Below, in pieces: positions 8,518-17,806 of a DNA stretch of 32,000 bases; positions within the stretch are counted from its first letter, which is position 1, and each line of letters begins with the position of its first letter. Both the position numbers and the translations under genes were made by a program. The notes under the pieces are model-generated. The model had not been told where the DNA came from, searched no databases, and saw nothing but the letters and a program-made list of their open reading frames with translations. This DNA is from Desulfocapsa sulfexigens DSM 10523 (GTDB lineage: Bacteria; Desulfobacterota; Desulfobulbia; Desulfobulbales; Desulfocapsaceae), in contig NC_020304.1 in assembly GCF_000341395.1 (NCBI RefSeq), forward strand, positions 3,540,001 to 3,572,000. Reading direction: 5' to 3'.

Positions 8518-9336
8518 ATGTGGCACTCAAAAGATGTCTACTACCTATCGGGCAGTACAGGGATACTTGCCGAAGACCTCGGGAAGTCACTCCTTTGCCA
8601 GTTCCCTGAAATCAGTTTCAATGCAGAAAAAATTCCCTTTATCCGTACTACAGAAGATGCCCTGAAGGCAATTCAGCACATACTGTCGCAATCAACCGGC
8701 CGTTTCCCTCTTGTTTTCTCAACAATCATGAACAAGGAACTTCTTGCAATCCTCGATGTCCCAGAGGTTGAGTTTTTTGACATCTACGATAAAGAACTGG
8801 AACGACTTGAAAATGTCCTTGAAGCAAAACCCATTCGCATATCCGGCACAGCAAGGCACTTAGATGATTCAACCATGGGAAATCGGGTTAATGCCATCCA
8901 ATACTGCATCGCCCATGATGACGGCAGCAGAATGAAGGATTACGACGAAGCAGAGGTTATACTGCTTGGGGTTTCCCGCTCCGGAAAGACCCCTATTTCT
9001 GTCTACCTTGCTACCCAAATGGGAATAAAGGCTGCCAATTATCCTCTTGTGGCTGAAGATCTCAATTCCTATCGTCTGCCCAACGAGATCGTCCGCAATA
9101 AAAAAAAGGCAATCGGCCTCTCCACAACACCTGAAACCTTGCATTTTGTGCGGGAACAACGTTACAAAGGCAGCAGTTATGCAAAGCTGGCAACCTGTTC
9201 AGGAGAACTGAGCCAGGCAAATCAGATTTTTTTGAATTACAATATCCCGATCATTATTTCAGATGGCAGATCCATCGAAGAAACAGCAACCCAGGTAGCT
9301 CAGCAGTTATCCCTGAAACGTCTGCCACGCCTCTAA
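8518..9336 (+). CDS. ppsR: PEP synthase / pyruvate phosphate dikinase regulatory protein (bifunctional kinase-pyrophosphorylase, DUF299)
   Basis: YYLSGSTGILAEDLGKSLL N-terminus, P-loop ILLGVSRSGKTPISVYLA, 272 aa. GGAG lies 8 nt upstream of the ATG. Confidence 0.88.
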   Translation: MWHSKDVYYLSGSTGILAEDLGKSLLCQFPEISFNAEKIPFIRTTEDALKAIQHILSQSTGRFPLVFSTIMNKELLAILDVPEVEFFDIYDKELERLENVLEAKPIRISGTARHLDDSTMGNRVNAIQYCIAHDDGSRMKDYDEAEVILLGVSRSGKTPISVYLATQMGIKAANYPLVAEDLNSYRLPNEIVRNKKKAIGLSTTPETLHFVREQRYKGSSYAKLATCSGELSQANQIFLNYNIPIIISDGRSIEETATQVAQQLSLKRLPRL

Positions 9337-9354
9337 CATTCTCCAAGGAGACAC

Positions 9355-9567
9355 ATGCAGTTTATCGACAACATTCCCATGGTTGTAGTTATTTTTCTCT
9401 GTGTTTTGATAGGATTTGCTCCATTTGTCCCGGAACCACATATAGTAGAGAAACTCAGAATGCTGAGTCAGGGCAGCCTGAAAAAGCCTTTAGATATTTT
9501 CGATCTCTTCTATCACTCCATACCTTTTATCCTGCTGATCATAAAACTGATCCGTATGAAAAATTAA
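9355..9567 (+). CDS. Small two-helix membrane protein, unknown function
   Basis: 70-aa ORF with two hydrophobic segments (PMVVVIFLCVLIGFAPFV and IPFILLIIKLI). It is packed tightly between ppsR and ychJ, with an AAGGAG RBS upstream. Confidence 0.6.
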   Translation: MQFIDNIPMVVVIFLCVLIGFAPFVPEPHIVEKLRMLSQGSLKKPLDIFDLFYHSIPFILLIIKLIRMKN

Positions 9568-9571
9568 CGCC

Positions 9572-10045
9572 ATGGAAGACACAAAACTCCACCAACTATG
9601 TCCCTGCTGCAGTGCTAAACTCTTTTCCGACTGCTGCCATCCAATAATCCAGGATCAAAGCCAGGCTAAAACAGCGGAACAACTGATGCGTTCCCGGTAT
9701 ACCGCATTCACACAGGCTAACGATAAATATCTTATGGATAGCTGGGCCAGGAAAACACGTCCGGAAACAATCCATTCAGAAGACGATACTATCCGGTGGC
9801 TCAGTCTTGAGATTCTTGAATGTAACGATGGCATGGCCAATGATGAGGATGGTTCTGTTCGTTTTACTGCCCGTTTTCTCAGTTCAGGACACATCTGCAG
9901 TCTTCATGAAAAATCCAGTTTTATCAAAGAGGATGGACTCTGGTACTATCTGGATGGTGAGACGCAATCCAAGACGGCCAAGGTGGGAAGAAATGCTCCC
10001 TGTCCGTGTGGGTCTGGCAAAAAATATAAACGATGTTGTTGTTAA
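9572..10045 (+). CDS. ychJ: YchJ family protein (UPF0225) with SEC-C metal-binding motifs
   Basis: N-terminal CPCCSAKLFSDCC and C-terminal CPCGSGKKYKRCC SEC-C motifs, plus the central RSRYTAF block. Confidence 0.85.
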   Translation: MEDTKLHQLCPCCSAKLFSDCCHPIIQDQSQAKTAEQLMRSRYTAFTQANDKYLMDSWARKTRPETIHSEDDTIRWLSLEILECNDGMANDEDGSVRFTARFLSSGHICSLHEKSSFIKEDGLWYYLDGETQSKTAKVGRNAPCPCGSGKKYKRCCC

Positions 10046-10064
10046 AAAGAGCTTAGGACCTTAC

Positions 10065-10367
10065 TTATCCGAGAAGTCGTTTGCTGTATTCGCTTAGTCT
10101 TTTGATGAGAAGTCGTCGTTCATTTCCTATCAACTCCTTTTCATCCATAACCTTCTCCAGGTAAAACAAGGTCAGTCCGGAAAATGAGCTTGTTGGATGA
10201 ATTGTCAACCAGCGTTCTGCATCATCATCTGCAAAGGCCCTCTCTACAATATCAACGACAAGAGTATCATCATCTTCCTTTGCCCACTGAATAACCTTTT
10301 CAAAAAGATGCGCCTCTTTAATTTTCCGGTATTCTGCACGCTTAATCATATACTCCACACCCTGCAT
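10065..10367 (-). CDS. Hypothetical acidic protein (~100 aa)
   Basis: The ORF has a strong AGGAGG RBS 4 nt before the ATG at 10367. The listed 10394 start is a GTG. I recognise no family. Confidence 0.55.
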   Translation of the reverse strand: MQGVEYMIKRAEYRKIKEAHLFEKVIQWAKEDDDTLVVDIVERAFADDDAERWLTIHPTSSFSGLTLFYLEKVMDEKELIGNERRLLIKRLSEYSKRLLG

Positions 10368-10412
10368 AAATCCTCCTGCCATTATTGTCGTCACTCAGTC
10401 ACTCAGCAACTC

Positions 10413-10420
10413 GGGGGGGG
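10413..10420. repeat. G8 homopolymer tract (C8 on the coding strand) in the glpX-like/hypothetical-gene intergenic region
   Basis: Direct reading gives tcGGGGGGGGccc. It is flanked by the tandem octamer tcactcag x2 (10391-10406) and the palindrome CGCAATTGCG (10423-10432). Confidence 0.9.
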
Positions 10421-10454
10421 CCCGCAATTGCGTTTCAGTAAAGCTTAACACTCA

Positions 10455-11402
10455 TTAAAACACCGGATTATAATCAAAGAAATGATTAGTCGTCAGATTA
10501 CGATAGGTACGAGTCTCGCTTCTTGCTACAAAAGAGTTAGTCACTGCACCGGTTGCTGTGAACCTCACTCCCTCAAGGAATTCTCCATCCGTTACTCCTG
10601 TTGCAGCAAAGGAAATTTTTCGAGAATTAATCAGATCTTCAACCCGGAAGACCTTATTAAAATCATTGATACCATGGGCAATTGCCTGTTCCCTGTCTGA
10701 AGCATTGTCATATGATATCTTTCCTTCAAGATATCCGCCCAGACAACTGATTGCGGCCGCAACTACTGTACCTTCAGGAGCATATCCATAGCCCATATAG
10801 ATATCTGCCTTTTCACCACTGATTGCAGCAAGGCAACCTGAAATTTCGCCCTCCTCAATCAGCTTGATTCTGGCGCCACAGCTTCTCACTTCATCAATAA
10901 GCCCCTTATGCCGCTTCCGATTTAAAATGCAGACAGTCACGTTTTCGGTGTATTTCCGTAAAACCCTGGCAACCCGTTTTACATTTGCGGTGGGTGATTG
11001 ATTTATATCTATAACCTCACCCACTTCTGGGCCAACCACTATTTTGTACATGTGGAGATTGGGGATTGACTGAATTGAACCATCTTCTGCAATTACGGTA
11101 TAAGAAGTAGAATTGTTCCGTCCATCCGCTGCAGCATGCTGAGCCTCAAGAGCTACAACCATCAAATCCATTTCAGGCCCGCCTTCCCCAAGAGTCTGCG
11201 GCAATTTACAAATTTCCTTCCTCTCCGAGAAACGATCATTTATCACATTGCCGTTTATCATTAACCTGTTGAGGGTCTTTATAATGGCAAACCTTGCCTG
11301 ATTGAGAATATCATCATGATTGCCCAGTCCCTGAATCCTTGCTGCAGTAAGAGCTGCAATCTCAGTCGCTCTGACGATTTCCATCCCATAATTAATATTC
11401 AT
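10455..11402 (-). CDS. GlpX-family (class II fructose-1,6-bisphosphatase-like) protein, divergent at predicted metal-ligand positions
   Basis: Family blocks RATEIAALTAAR, HMYKIVVGP, ILNRKRH, GYGYAPEGTVVAAA and SFAATGVTDGEFLEG are present. The E. coli motifs GEGEIDEAP and DIAVDPIEGT appear replaced by NDRFSERKE and DLMVVALEAQ. Confidence 0.75.
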   Translation of the reverse strand: MNINYGMEIVRATEIAALTAARIQGLGNHDDILNQARFAIIKTLNRLMINGNVINDRFSERKEICKLPQTLGEGGPEMDLMVVALEAQHAAADGRNNSTSYTVIAEDGSIQSIPNLHMYKIVVGPEVGEVIDINQSPTANVKRVARVLRKYTENVTVCILNRKRHKGLIDEVRSCGARIKLIEEGEISGCLAAISGEKADIYMGYGYAPEGTVVAAAISCLGGYLEGKISYDNASDREQAIAHGINDFNKVFRVEDLINSRKISFAATGVTDGEFLEGVRFTATGAVTNSFVARSETRTYRNLTTNHFFDYNPVF

Positions 11403-11460
11403 TCATCGTCCCAATTTACCATTTTTACAAAATTATATTCGGCCACACAAAAAAAGTTTT

Positions 11461-13272
11461 TCATTCTCCGGTAGCAGTCAACTCCCTGATCCGCTGCAAC
11501 AGAGCATCGCTCTGTTTTTTCAGAAGAGCGCCTTTTGCAGTATCTTTTATTTTCATCGGTTGCCGGAATTCATCTATCAGTTCTATGTCGAGAGGAGCAG
11601 ATTCAAGATTTTGGGCGGCCGCCTGCATCTCTTCAGGGGTGGGAAGAATAATACCAAATAGTTGGTAGGGAGTATGAACCAGAGCATGGCCCCGGTTATA
11701 ATAGGCTGCCGCGAAACCACCATCCACATTTACTGCAACACCGTCACTGGACGCCATCGAATTCCCTTTTGTATAATCGACCGGTGTATGTCCAAAAACT
11801 ACACGCTGAATACCAAATTCTTCCTGCATCTTCAGCTTAAAAGCATCAGTCTGCATATTCTTCTTCCAATAAAGGGTTCTTTCTGCGTGGCTTTCAGTAT
11901 CCAGTAAAAAATACCTCTCAAATGTTTTCATGGCATGTTTCCCAAAGAAGGGAGATTTCGGTCCGCACCAGAGGTAAAAAAACAAGGCCTGATCCCGTTT
12001 CTCCTGAACCTCTCCAGCAAGATATTTTTTACCGACTCGCTCAATTGTTTCCTGAACAAAATCTAGAAGTTCACGTCCACTTCGTCCTAGAAACTCTTCA
12101 AAATCACCATCAATGGTGGAAGGAACAAGTGCATGAATATTTAGACTATTGTTGTGAATATGGTAGGTTTTGCCTTTTTTAAAAAAATAGCGGAGGAGCC
12201 GTTTAATCTTTGTATTAGTGGTAAACTGATGGGTTAAATCATCAATAACGACCTGTTCCTCTTCGGTGAGTTTTGAGGGATGTTCAAAGTCGATGGTTGG
12301 GAAATGGCTGTCATTAAGGCCTGCCGTATCTCCTGTCTTCAGCATTTTGGCAAGACGATCAAGCCAGAGTCGGGACTCCATTTCATACTCAGGGAAGTCT
12401 CGTATGGTCTGCTCTTCAAGCTTAAACTGAATAACGGCAAGAGCCTTTTCCATGCTCCTTCCCCTGTCAGTTTTTGCCTTGATTTTTCCAGTAATTTTCG
12501 CAACCGGATAGGTCTTTTCAGCAAAAGCAGCCAACCTGGAGCTGTCAAAGGAAAGTCTTCCCATCAATTCGAAATGATCGTAGCGACTGGTAATGCGCAT
12601 AGCCTCGGCGATCAAGGACTGATTTCCTGAAACTGCCCCCATCCACAGGATATCATGGTTGCCGAAAACGTAATCTACCATATCCCTGTATGCTGGCGAA
12701 GAAAGAATCCTGATAATCTTATCTGGCTGAGGACCACGGTCAAAGACATCACCAAGAACCAGAATACGATCCAGAAGAACTTGTCTGATACTGTGAGCAA
12801 GATGACTGATCAATCTCTCGGACAGCACAGGTTCCTCAAAAACCTGGTCTGGAACAGGGAGACCGGAAATCAGACGTTTAATGGTATTACGGAACTCTGG
12901 CGGAAATATACCCTTGGTTCGGTGCCTGATATTGGATAAACGGTACTTGAGAATCTCGACAAGACAGAAGATAACATCCTGAGTATCCATAAGAATAGTA
13001 TCTTCAGCAAAATATTCTTTCTTACGGATAACCTGAGTAAGATATTGAATTTTATCTACACTGAAAGTCTTCGGCAGTGCCTCACGACACGTCTGGTACA
13101 ACATTCCAAAACGGCCGCGAAGGATCGCCATAAAACGATCTCCTTCACCATGGAGATCACTGATCCAGAGAGTGACAGGAATATTGGAGTTCAACTCATT
13201 TTCAAGCTGCAGCAATTGTTGAGCGAGCTTATCCAACTCACCGGCCTGCAGACGAAAACGTTCTTCCTTCAT
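11461..13272 (-). CDS. fbp: Fructose-1,6-bisphosphatase class 3 (Firmicute-type, metallophosphoesterase fold)
   Basis: Metallophosphoesterase motifs [18 protein letters not shown] and GNHDILWMG are present. Its ~600 aa length is typical of FBPase_2. Confidence 0.85.
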   Translation of the reverse strand: MKEERFRLQAGELDKLAQQLLQLENELNSNIPVTLWISDLHGEGDRFMAILRGRFGMLYQTCREALPKTFSVDKIQYLTQVIRKKEYFAEDTILMDTQDVIFCLVEILKYRLSNIRHRTKGIFPPEFRNTIKRLISGLPVPDQVFEEPVLSERLISHLAHSIRQVLLDRILVLGDVFDRGPQPDKIIRILSSPAYRDMVDYVFGNHDILWMGAVSGNQSLIAEAMRITSRYDHFELMGRLSFDSSRLAAFAEKTYPVAKITGKIKAKTDRGRSMEKALAVIQFKLEEQTIRDFPEYEMESRLWLDRLAKMLKTGDTAGLNDSHFPTIDFEHPSKLTEEEQVVIDDLTHQFTTNTKIKRLLRYFFKKGKTYHIHNNSLNIHALVPSTIDGDFEEFLGRSGRELLDFVQETIERVGKKYLAGEVQEKRDQALFFYLWCGPKSPFFGKHAMKTFERYFLLDTESHAERTLYWKKNMQTDAFKLKMQEEFGIQRVVFGHTPVDYTKGNSMASSDGVAVNVDGGFAAAYYNRGHALVHTPYQLFGIILPTPEEMQAAAQNLESAPLDIELIDEFRQPMKIKDTAKGALLKKQSDALLQRIRELTATGE

Positions 13273-13474
13273 ACCCCACTCTCCTGTTGTTCTATAAAAT
13301 CTAACAAATTAGCCAGTTAAGTCTCTATCGTATCAAAACCATACAGATATCAGTGTCATACGCCTCTTCGGAAACAACTTCAAAATCCTGGCTCCAGGAG
13401 GCTTCCAATAAAGTGTTAAGCGTGTGCTCCCTTTTCGCTGATACTCTTTCACCCCAGGTGCAAAAAGGCAAATA

Positions 13475-13978
13475 TCATTTCTGATTACGCTCTTTCACTA
13501 ATTGCTCAGCACTCATATTCCAGAAGGGATCACCATCCTTCGTGAGACGAACTTTGAATTCATAGTGTTCACCTTTTTTTACCTTAGAGGCAAGAAAGAC
13601 ATCAACTCCATCAATTTCAGCCCAGCTCCCTTTTATTGTCACCCGGTCTCCTCTTTTGATCCCGGTATCCTTAGGAGTAGCAAAGGAGACAGGACATAAA
13701 TGAACATCAATTTTATCTCCTGCGTCATCGAGTACCAGCACCGTAGCCTCAGCCATTCCTGGAAGGGGGCTGATTTTCTTAAAACTCAGGACGGTTCCTT
13801 TCAACTTGTCAATCTCACGGGGATTATATAATTTATTATATTCGTCACCATTGCCCCAGCCTTTCATATCTTCAGCCGAAGCAGCGCAAACAGAAGAAAG
13901 AGTAAGGAAAGCGAGAGAATAAATCACCGCACAGAGAATAAAACTCTTCTTGAGAAATGTATGCATAGGAGAACCCAT
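13475..13978 (-). CDS. Secreted/periplasmic protein of unknown function
   Basis: N-terminal signal peptide (FILCAVIYSLAFLTLSSVCA/ASAED) followed by a beta-rich-looking mature part. I am not confident of any family. Confidence 0.65.
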   Translation of the reverse strand: MGSPMHTFLKKSFILCAVIYSLAFLTLSSVCAASAEDMKGWGNGDEYNKLYNPREIDKLKGTVLSFKKISPLPGMAEATVLVLDDAGDKIDVHLCPVSFATPKDTGIKRGDRVTIKGSWAEIDGVDVFLASKVKKGEHYEFKVRLTKDGDPFWNMSAEQLVKERNQK

Positions 13979-14233
13979 CTAAAAATTAATGTATCCTTGA
14001 ATGCAGGAACAAAAAACTCCTGCAGATTTAACTATAATTTAATATATATAGCAATGATAGGGATGGCAAGTACTATGCTTTGTTCAGGAGAGCGGCTTGA
14101 ATTGTTTTTCCTGGGAAACAGGAGAGAGACGGGTTTAACAGGGGGCAACAGTACAGTAACTGATGATAGATTTAATCGGGATATTTTTGTCTTTCATTTC
14201 TTCATCCTGAGAGCCCTGATTATGGGCACTCGG

Positions 14234-14584
14234 CTATGGTTTAATATAGGCGAATCCATCTGCCTGCAGCTCAATCAGACCAACGACACCAGCAGGAATT
14301 ATTTCACAACCTTCAAACAGATCCTCCTTTGCTATATCAAAAAGTGTCAGTGCTCTTTCACAGATCTGGATACGAACCCCGGCAGCAACAATTTGTCTGA
14401 GTTTCTCCATGAAGATATACATCTGATCTCCAGCCAACAATGCCACTCCCGGACCGGTAACCAGTAAAATCAATTCAACCTCCTTCCCCTCCAATGCCTC
14501 AAGAGTATTACTGATATTATTCAAACCAAGGTTGAAAATAAGATCATCTTCAAGATCTATATGAATTACCGCTTTATATAGCAT
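14234..14584 (-). CDS. DsrE/DsrF-like family protein (COG1416-type)
   Basis: 116 aa with the KAVIHID start, GPGVALL, VRIQICERAL and the characteristic C-terminal GFAYIKP. Confidence 0.72.
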   Translation of the reverse strand: MLYKAVIHIDLEDDLIFNLGLNNISNTLEALEGKEVELILLVTGPGVALLAGDQMYIFMEKLRQIVAAGVRIQICERALTLFDIAKEDLFEGCEIIPAGVVGLIELQADGFAYIKP

Positions 14585-14627
14585 GAGACTATACTCCCGC
14601 TAAAACTATAGCTTTTCTGTTTTTAAT

Positions 14628-14670
14628 ATCCAAAATATACTGATAGTAAACTTATCAGAATATTTTGGAT
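14628..14670. repeat. Long AT-rich inverted repeat (17/18 bp stem, 7-nt loop) between the cytochrome and DsrE-like genes
   Basis: The arms are ATCCAAAATATACTGATA-gtaaact-TATCAGAATATTTTGGAT with one A/A mismatch and no adjacent U-tract on either strand. Confidence 0.85.
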
Positions 14671-14684
14671 GTGTCGTTGATTTA

Positions 14685-15086
14685 TTAATGTGTAACAGTA
14701 TGAGGATGAGGATCTGAAGATTTCAAATCTTTTGGTTGAAAATGACAGGAATTACAGAGAGTGTTGGCGGCAAAAGCAGTCTCACCGTCATGGCAGGCCC
14801 CACAGGATCTGCCTTTCACCAAAGCACTCATGGTTTGATCAATCTTTGGCGTAACGCCACGCTGCATTGCAAACAGATCCTCATGACAAGCCGCACAAGC
14901 CAGACCTACCTGTTCCGTATGCACTCGATGATCAAAGATGACATTAACAGGGCTATCCATAATAATGGGATTTTTCGGTCCAAATTTTTTCGAATCGTAG
15001 CTTTCTGCGGCGAAAGCATGGCTGCTTAGCAAGAAGCCACCAATGAGGGTAAGGACACCAACGGCACTAAAAAAAGATTTGTTCAT
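14685..15086 (-). CDS. Periplasmic trihaem c-type cytochrome (c3/c7 family)
   Basis: Signal peptide (VLTLIGGFLLSSHAFA/AE), three CXXCH motifs (CAACH, CGACH, CNSCH) and the class III motif VIFDHRVH. Confidence 0.85.
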   Translation of the reverse strand: MNKSFFSAVGVLTLIGGFLLSSHAFAAESYDSKKFGPKNPIIMDSPVNVIFDHRVHTEQVGLACAACHEDLFAMQRGVTPKIDQTMSALVKGRSCGACHDGETAFAANTLCNSCHFQPKDLKSSDPHPHTVTH

Positions 15087-15439
15087 TTTTTATTCTCCTG
15101 TAATTCGAAAAAATATTTCAATCCACCAGACGCTAGTTTCTATGGAATAGTGAATCACAACAAACCACTCTAATTATAGCCATTTATAGTTTTTGAAGCT
15201 AAATACTTACTGTATCACGCAAGGAAGCATAAAAAAGCTCAACTTCATAGTATTCCAGGTGTCGAAGTACCACATTAATAGACGACTCAGGCGCTCACAT
15301 TACAATTCCTGTCGAAACTGTCAAGCTTCTTTTTAGATATATGCTCAAAAAACCAACTTCACAGAGTCCCCTGCGAGGTTCCCTCACTCGTCCTTCTAAA
15401 AGAAAATCATTTATCATTTAACAATATCCTTAAATTCTG

Positions 15440-15468
15440 TTGACATCCTCAACCGATACCCTTATTTT
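15440..15468 (+). promoter_or_regulatory. Candidate sigma-70 promoter for the GAF-kinase operon
   Basis: TTGACA (15440-15445), a 17-nt spacer, then TATTTT (15463-15468), about 80 nt upstream of the ATG at 15547 in an AT-rich 460-nt intergenic region. Confidence 0.35.
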
Positions 15469-15546
15469 GTGTGTATATGTTACTTTAACGGTGTTTCTTA
15501 TTAGATACTAATCTTTTATTTTCAGTGTATTGTAATAAACCTGACC

Positions 15547-16956
15547 ATGACAAAAGAAAACAATTCTGATTATTTCGCACGTGTCATTACTGAAAAAACA
15601 GCTACTTACAACAGTTCACCCCTCACATCTTTCCACGATCACTTATTGAAAATATTTTTCGACCTTGCCCAGCAATATGACGGTCTGGACAGTTTTTATC
15701 AAATCTGCGTTGCAATTCCACAGGCTCTTCATCCCCAAATCGCTGTTTCTCTTGCGGTACTAACACATTCAAAAAACGGTTTTCAACTTGCTTGCGCAGG
15801 TAAATCACCAATACATATTCCTGAACATATCATTAGCCATCTCCCTCTCGTTGCAAAGGAGTCATCATACACCGAAGAAGACGTCTTGCTTTTACCTGTA
15901 ATCTCAAGACCACTGATTAGTCCAACAAACGGAACCGCTCCCGATAAACTTATGAAAAATACTATGGAGAATGAGACTCACCCCTGTCTCGGATTTCTCT
16001 TCATCACTCATTTTGAGCTTCTCACTAGCATTGATCGTCTTTTCCTGGAGAAGCTGGTTACCCGTATTGGCTACAATCTCCAGCGACGCCTTCTTCAGGC
16101 CAGCCACCTCCAACATATAAACTTTCTCAAACAGCTTGGTCGGGATATTGGGCATAATGTCATTTCACCAAACATGCATTTCAAGAATCTTTTCCGGCAA
16201 CTTGAAAAGAAGATAAACCTCATAAATCATGAAGTTAACGTCAACATTGACTTTGTCAACAAACCATCACTCCGTATCCTCAAAAGATGTAATGAAATAA
16301 GGGCTGATCTTATTTCCACCCATGAAGAACTCCTCGAACATTATAATCGGACAAGTCTCTACCTTGAAACACTGCTCCGCCAGGAACATTTTAACAGGGG
16401 AGAGTTTATCCTCAAAGCACGTCGCTGTAATATCGAAACTGAGATCATCATACCTGAACTCGAAATCTATCGAAGACGTTTTGAAAATCTTGGAATTACC
16501 ATTGACCATCCCCACAACATGAGAGATCGTCGGTTTTATCTTAAAGGTGATCAGGGACTGCTCTCCCAAGTATTCGATAATCTTTTTTCCAACGCTGTTA
16601 AATATACAGCGACATCAACTGACAATCACGGCTCCCCAAGGAAGGCTGTTGCATATGGTTGCCAGGATATAAATAACTTCCCCAAAAAAGGAAAAAAAGG
16701 GGTAAAATTCAATATATTTTCAACAGGAGAACATCTTAACGACGACGAACGGCTTACCATATTCAATGATGGTGTAAGAGGAGGAAATGTTGGCTACAAT
16801 CCAGGAAGTGGTCATGGCCTGGCATTTGTCAAAAATGTCGTTGAAATTCACGGCGGAGATGTGGGGTACGAAGCTGTCTCTGGTGGAAACAACTTTTACT
16901 TTATCCTTCCTCTTACAGAAGAAGAACCAGCTGCTGGAGATAGCAGCAATACGTGA
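15547..16956 (+). CDS. Cytoplasmic sensor histidine kinase with a GAF-like N-terminal domain
   Basis: No TM segment. The N-terminus is GAF-like, ending in GFLFITHFELLTSIDRLFLEKLVTRIGYNL. H-box GRDIGHNVISPN, N-box FDNLFSNAVKYT, G2 GSGHGLAFVKNVVEIHGG. Confidence 0.8.
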   Translation: MTKENNSDYFARVITEKTATYNSSPLTSFHDHLLKIFFDLAQQYDGLDSFYQICVAIPQALHPQIAVSLAVLTHSKNGFQLACAGKSPIHIPEHIISHLPLVAKESSYTEEDVLLLPVISRPLISPTNGTAPDKLMKNTMENETHPCLGFLFITHFELLTSIDRLFLEKLVTRIGYNLQRRLLQASHLQHINFLKQLGRDIGHNVISPNMHFKNLFRQLEKKINLINHEVNVNIDFVNKPSLRILKRCNEIRADLISTHEELLEHYNRTSLYLETLLRQEHFNRGEFILKARRCNIETEIIIPELEIYRRRFENLGITIDHPHNMRDRRFYLKGDQGLLSQVFDNLFSNAVKYTATSTDNHGSPRKAVAYGCQDINNFPKKGKKGVKFNIFSTGEHLNDDERLTIFNDGVRGGNVGYNPGSGHGLAFVKNVVEIHGGDVGYEAVSGGNNFYFILPLTEEEPAAGDSSNT

Positions 16957-16967
16957 TTCATATAACA

Positions 16968-16982
16968 GGACTCAAAGAGTCC
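16968..16982 (+). other. Short hairpin between the kinase and ferredoxin genes
   Basis: GGACTC-aaa-GAGTCC forms a 6-bp stem with no U-tract, 20 nt before the ferredoxin ATG. Confidence 0.4.
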
Positions 16983-17001
16983 ATAACACAAGGAGACAAA
17001 C

Positions 17002-17187
17002 ATGTTTAAGGTAGACGTAGACAAAGACAAATGTACTGGTTGTGAGGAATGTATCAATAATTGCCCGGCTTCAGTACTTGAGCTGGTGGATGGAAAATCT
17101 GAACCCGTTGAAATGGATGAATGCCTGGGTTGTGAAACATGCGTAGAAGTTTGCCCTGAGGGAGCTATCACTGTTACCGAAGTGTGA
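17002..17187 (+). CDS. 2x[4Fe-4S] ferredoxin (61 aa)
   Basis: Two cluster motifs, CTGCEECINNCP and CLGCETCVEVCP, with an AAGGAG RBS upstream. Confidence 0.9.
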   Translation: MFKVDVDKDKCTGCEECINNCPASVLELVDGKSEPVEMDECLGCETCVEVCPEGAITVTEV

Positions 17188-17256
17188 CGAATAGCAACAA
17201 GAGAAGATATTATATTTATTATAATACTATCAACCTAACCCAAAGAGATACTCCCT

Positions 17257-17757
17257 ATGAGCAAAATCAAATCTATTCTTTATGCCACTGATTTATCAGA
17301 GAGTGCTAAACCTGCTCTGAGCTGGGCCATAAGTCTGGCCGAACAGTATGATGCAACTATTTCAATTATCCATATTATACCTGATATGATAGAAGAGATA
17401 TCCGCCTCCATGGGATATGATCTGTCTGCTCATTATAACATGGATGAACTTAAGGATCTGAACAAGGAAGGTCAGAACGATGCTAAGGATGCCATAAAAG
17501 AACGAATTAAAAGTGTCTGCGATGAAAAGAAAGATGAGTTTCCGAGTTGTCAATTGGATTTCAACAAAATTATCATTAAAGCCGGTCACCCTGTACAGAG
17601 AATTATTGAGGCAGCAGATGATGGGAACTTTGATATAGTTGTTATGGGTACCCACGGACATGGTTTCATTGATAACCTTCTGCTGGGATCCGTAGCCCGA
17701 GGAGTAGTGCAAAAATGCACTGTTCCTGTTCTTACCATCAGACTTCCTTCTCAATAA
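17257..17757 (+). CDS. Universal stress protein (UspA family)
   Basis: ILYATDLSESA N-terminus and the ATP-binding-type C-terminus VVMGTHGHGFIDNLLLGSVARGVVQKCTVPVL. Confidence 0.88.
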   Translation: MSKIKSILYATDLSESAKPALSWAISLAEQYDATISIIHIIPDMIEEISASMGYDLSAHYNMDELKDLNKEGQNDAKDAIKERIKSVCDEKKDEFPSCQLDFNKIIIKAGHPVQRIIEAADDGNFDIVVMGTHGHGFIDNLLLGSVARGVVQKCTVPVLTIRLPSQ

Positions 17758-17806
17758 AATTGAATGGTTTAAAATAGTCATCCACTTTTCAACACAGCCT
17801 TTTCCT

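Noticed and set aside
14064-14080. A second sigma-54-like motif, TGGCAAGTACTATGCTT, with correct GG-N10-GC spacing on the plus strand.
   Set aside because: It points into the antisense strand of the DsrE-like gene, and no credible plus-strand ORF or RBS lies downstream. It could be a chance match or an antisense/ncRNA promoter, which I cannot support from sequence alone.
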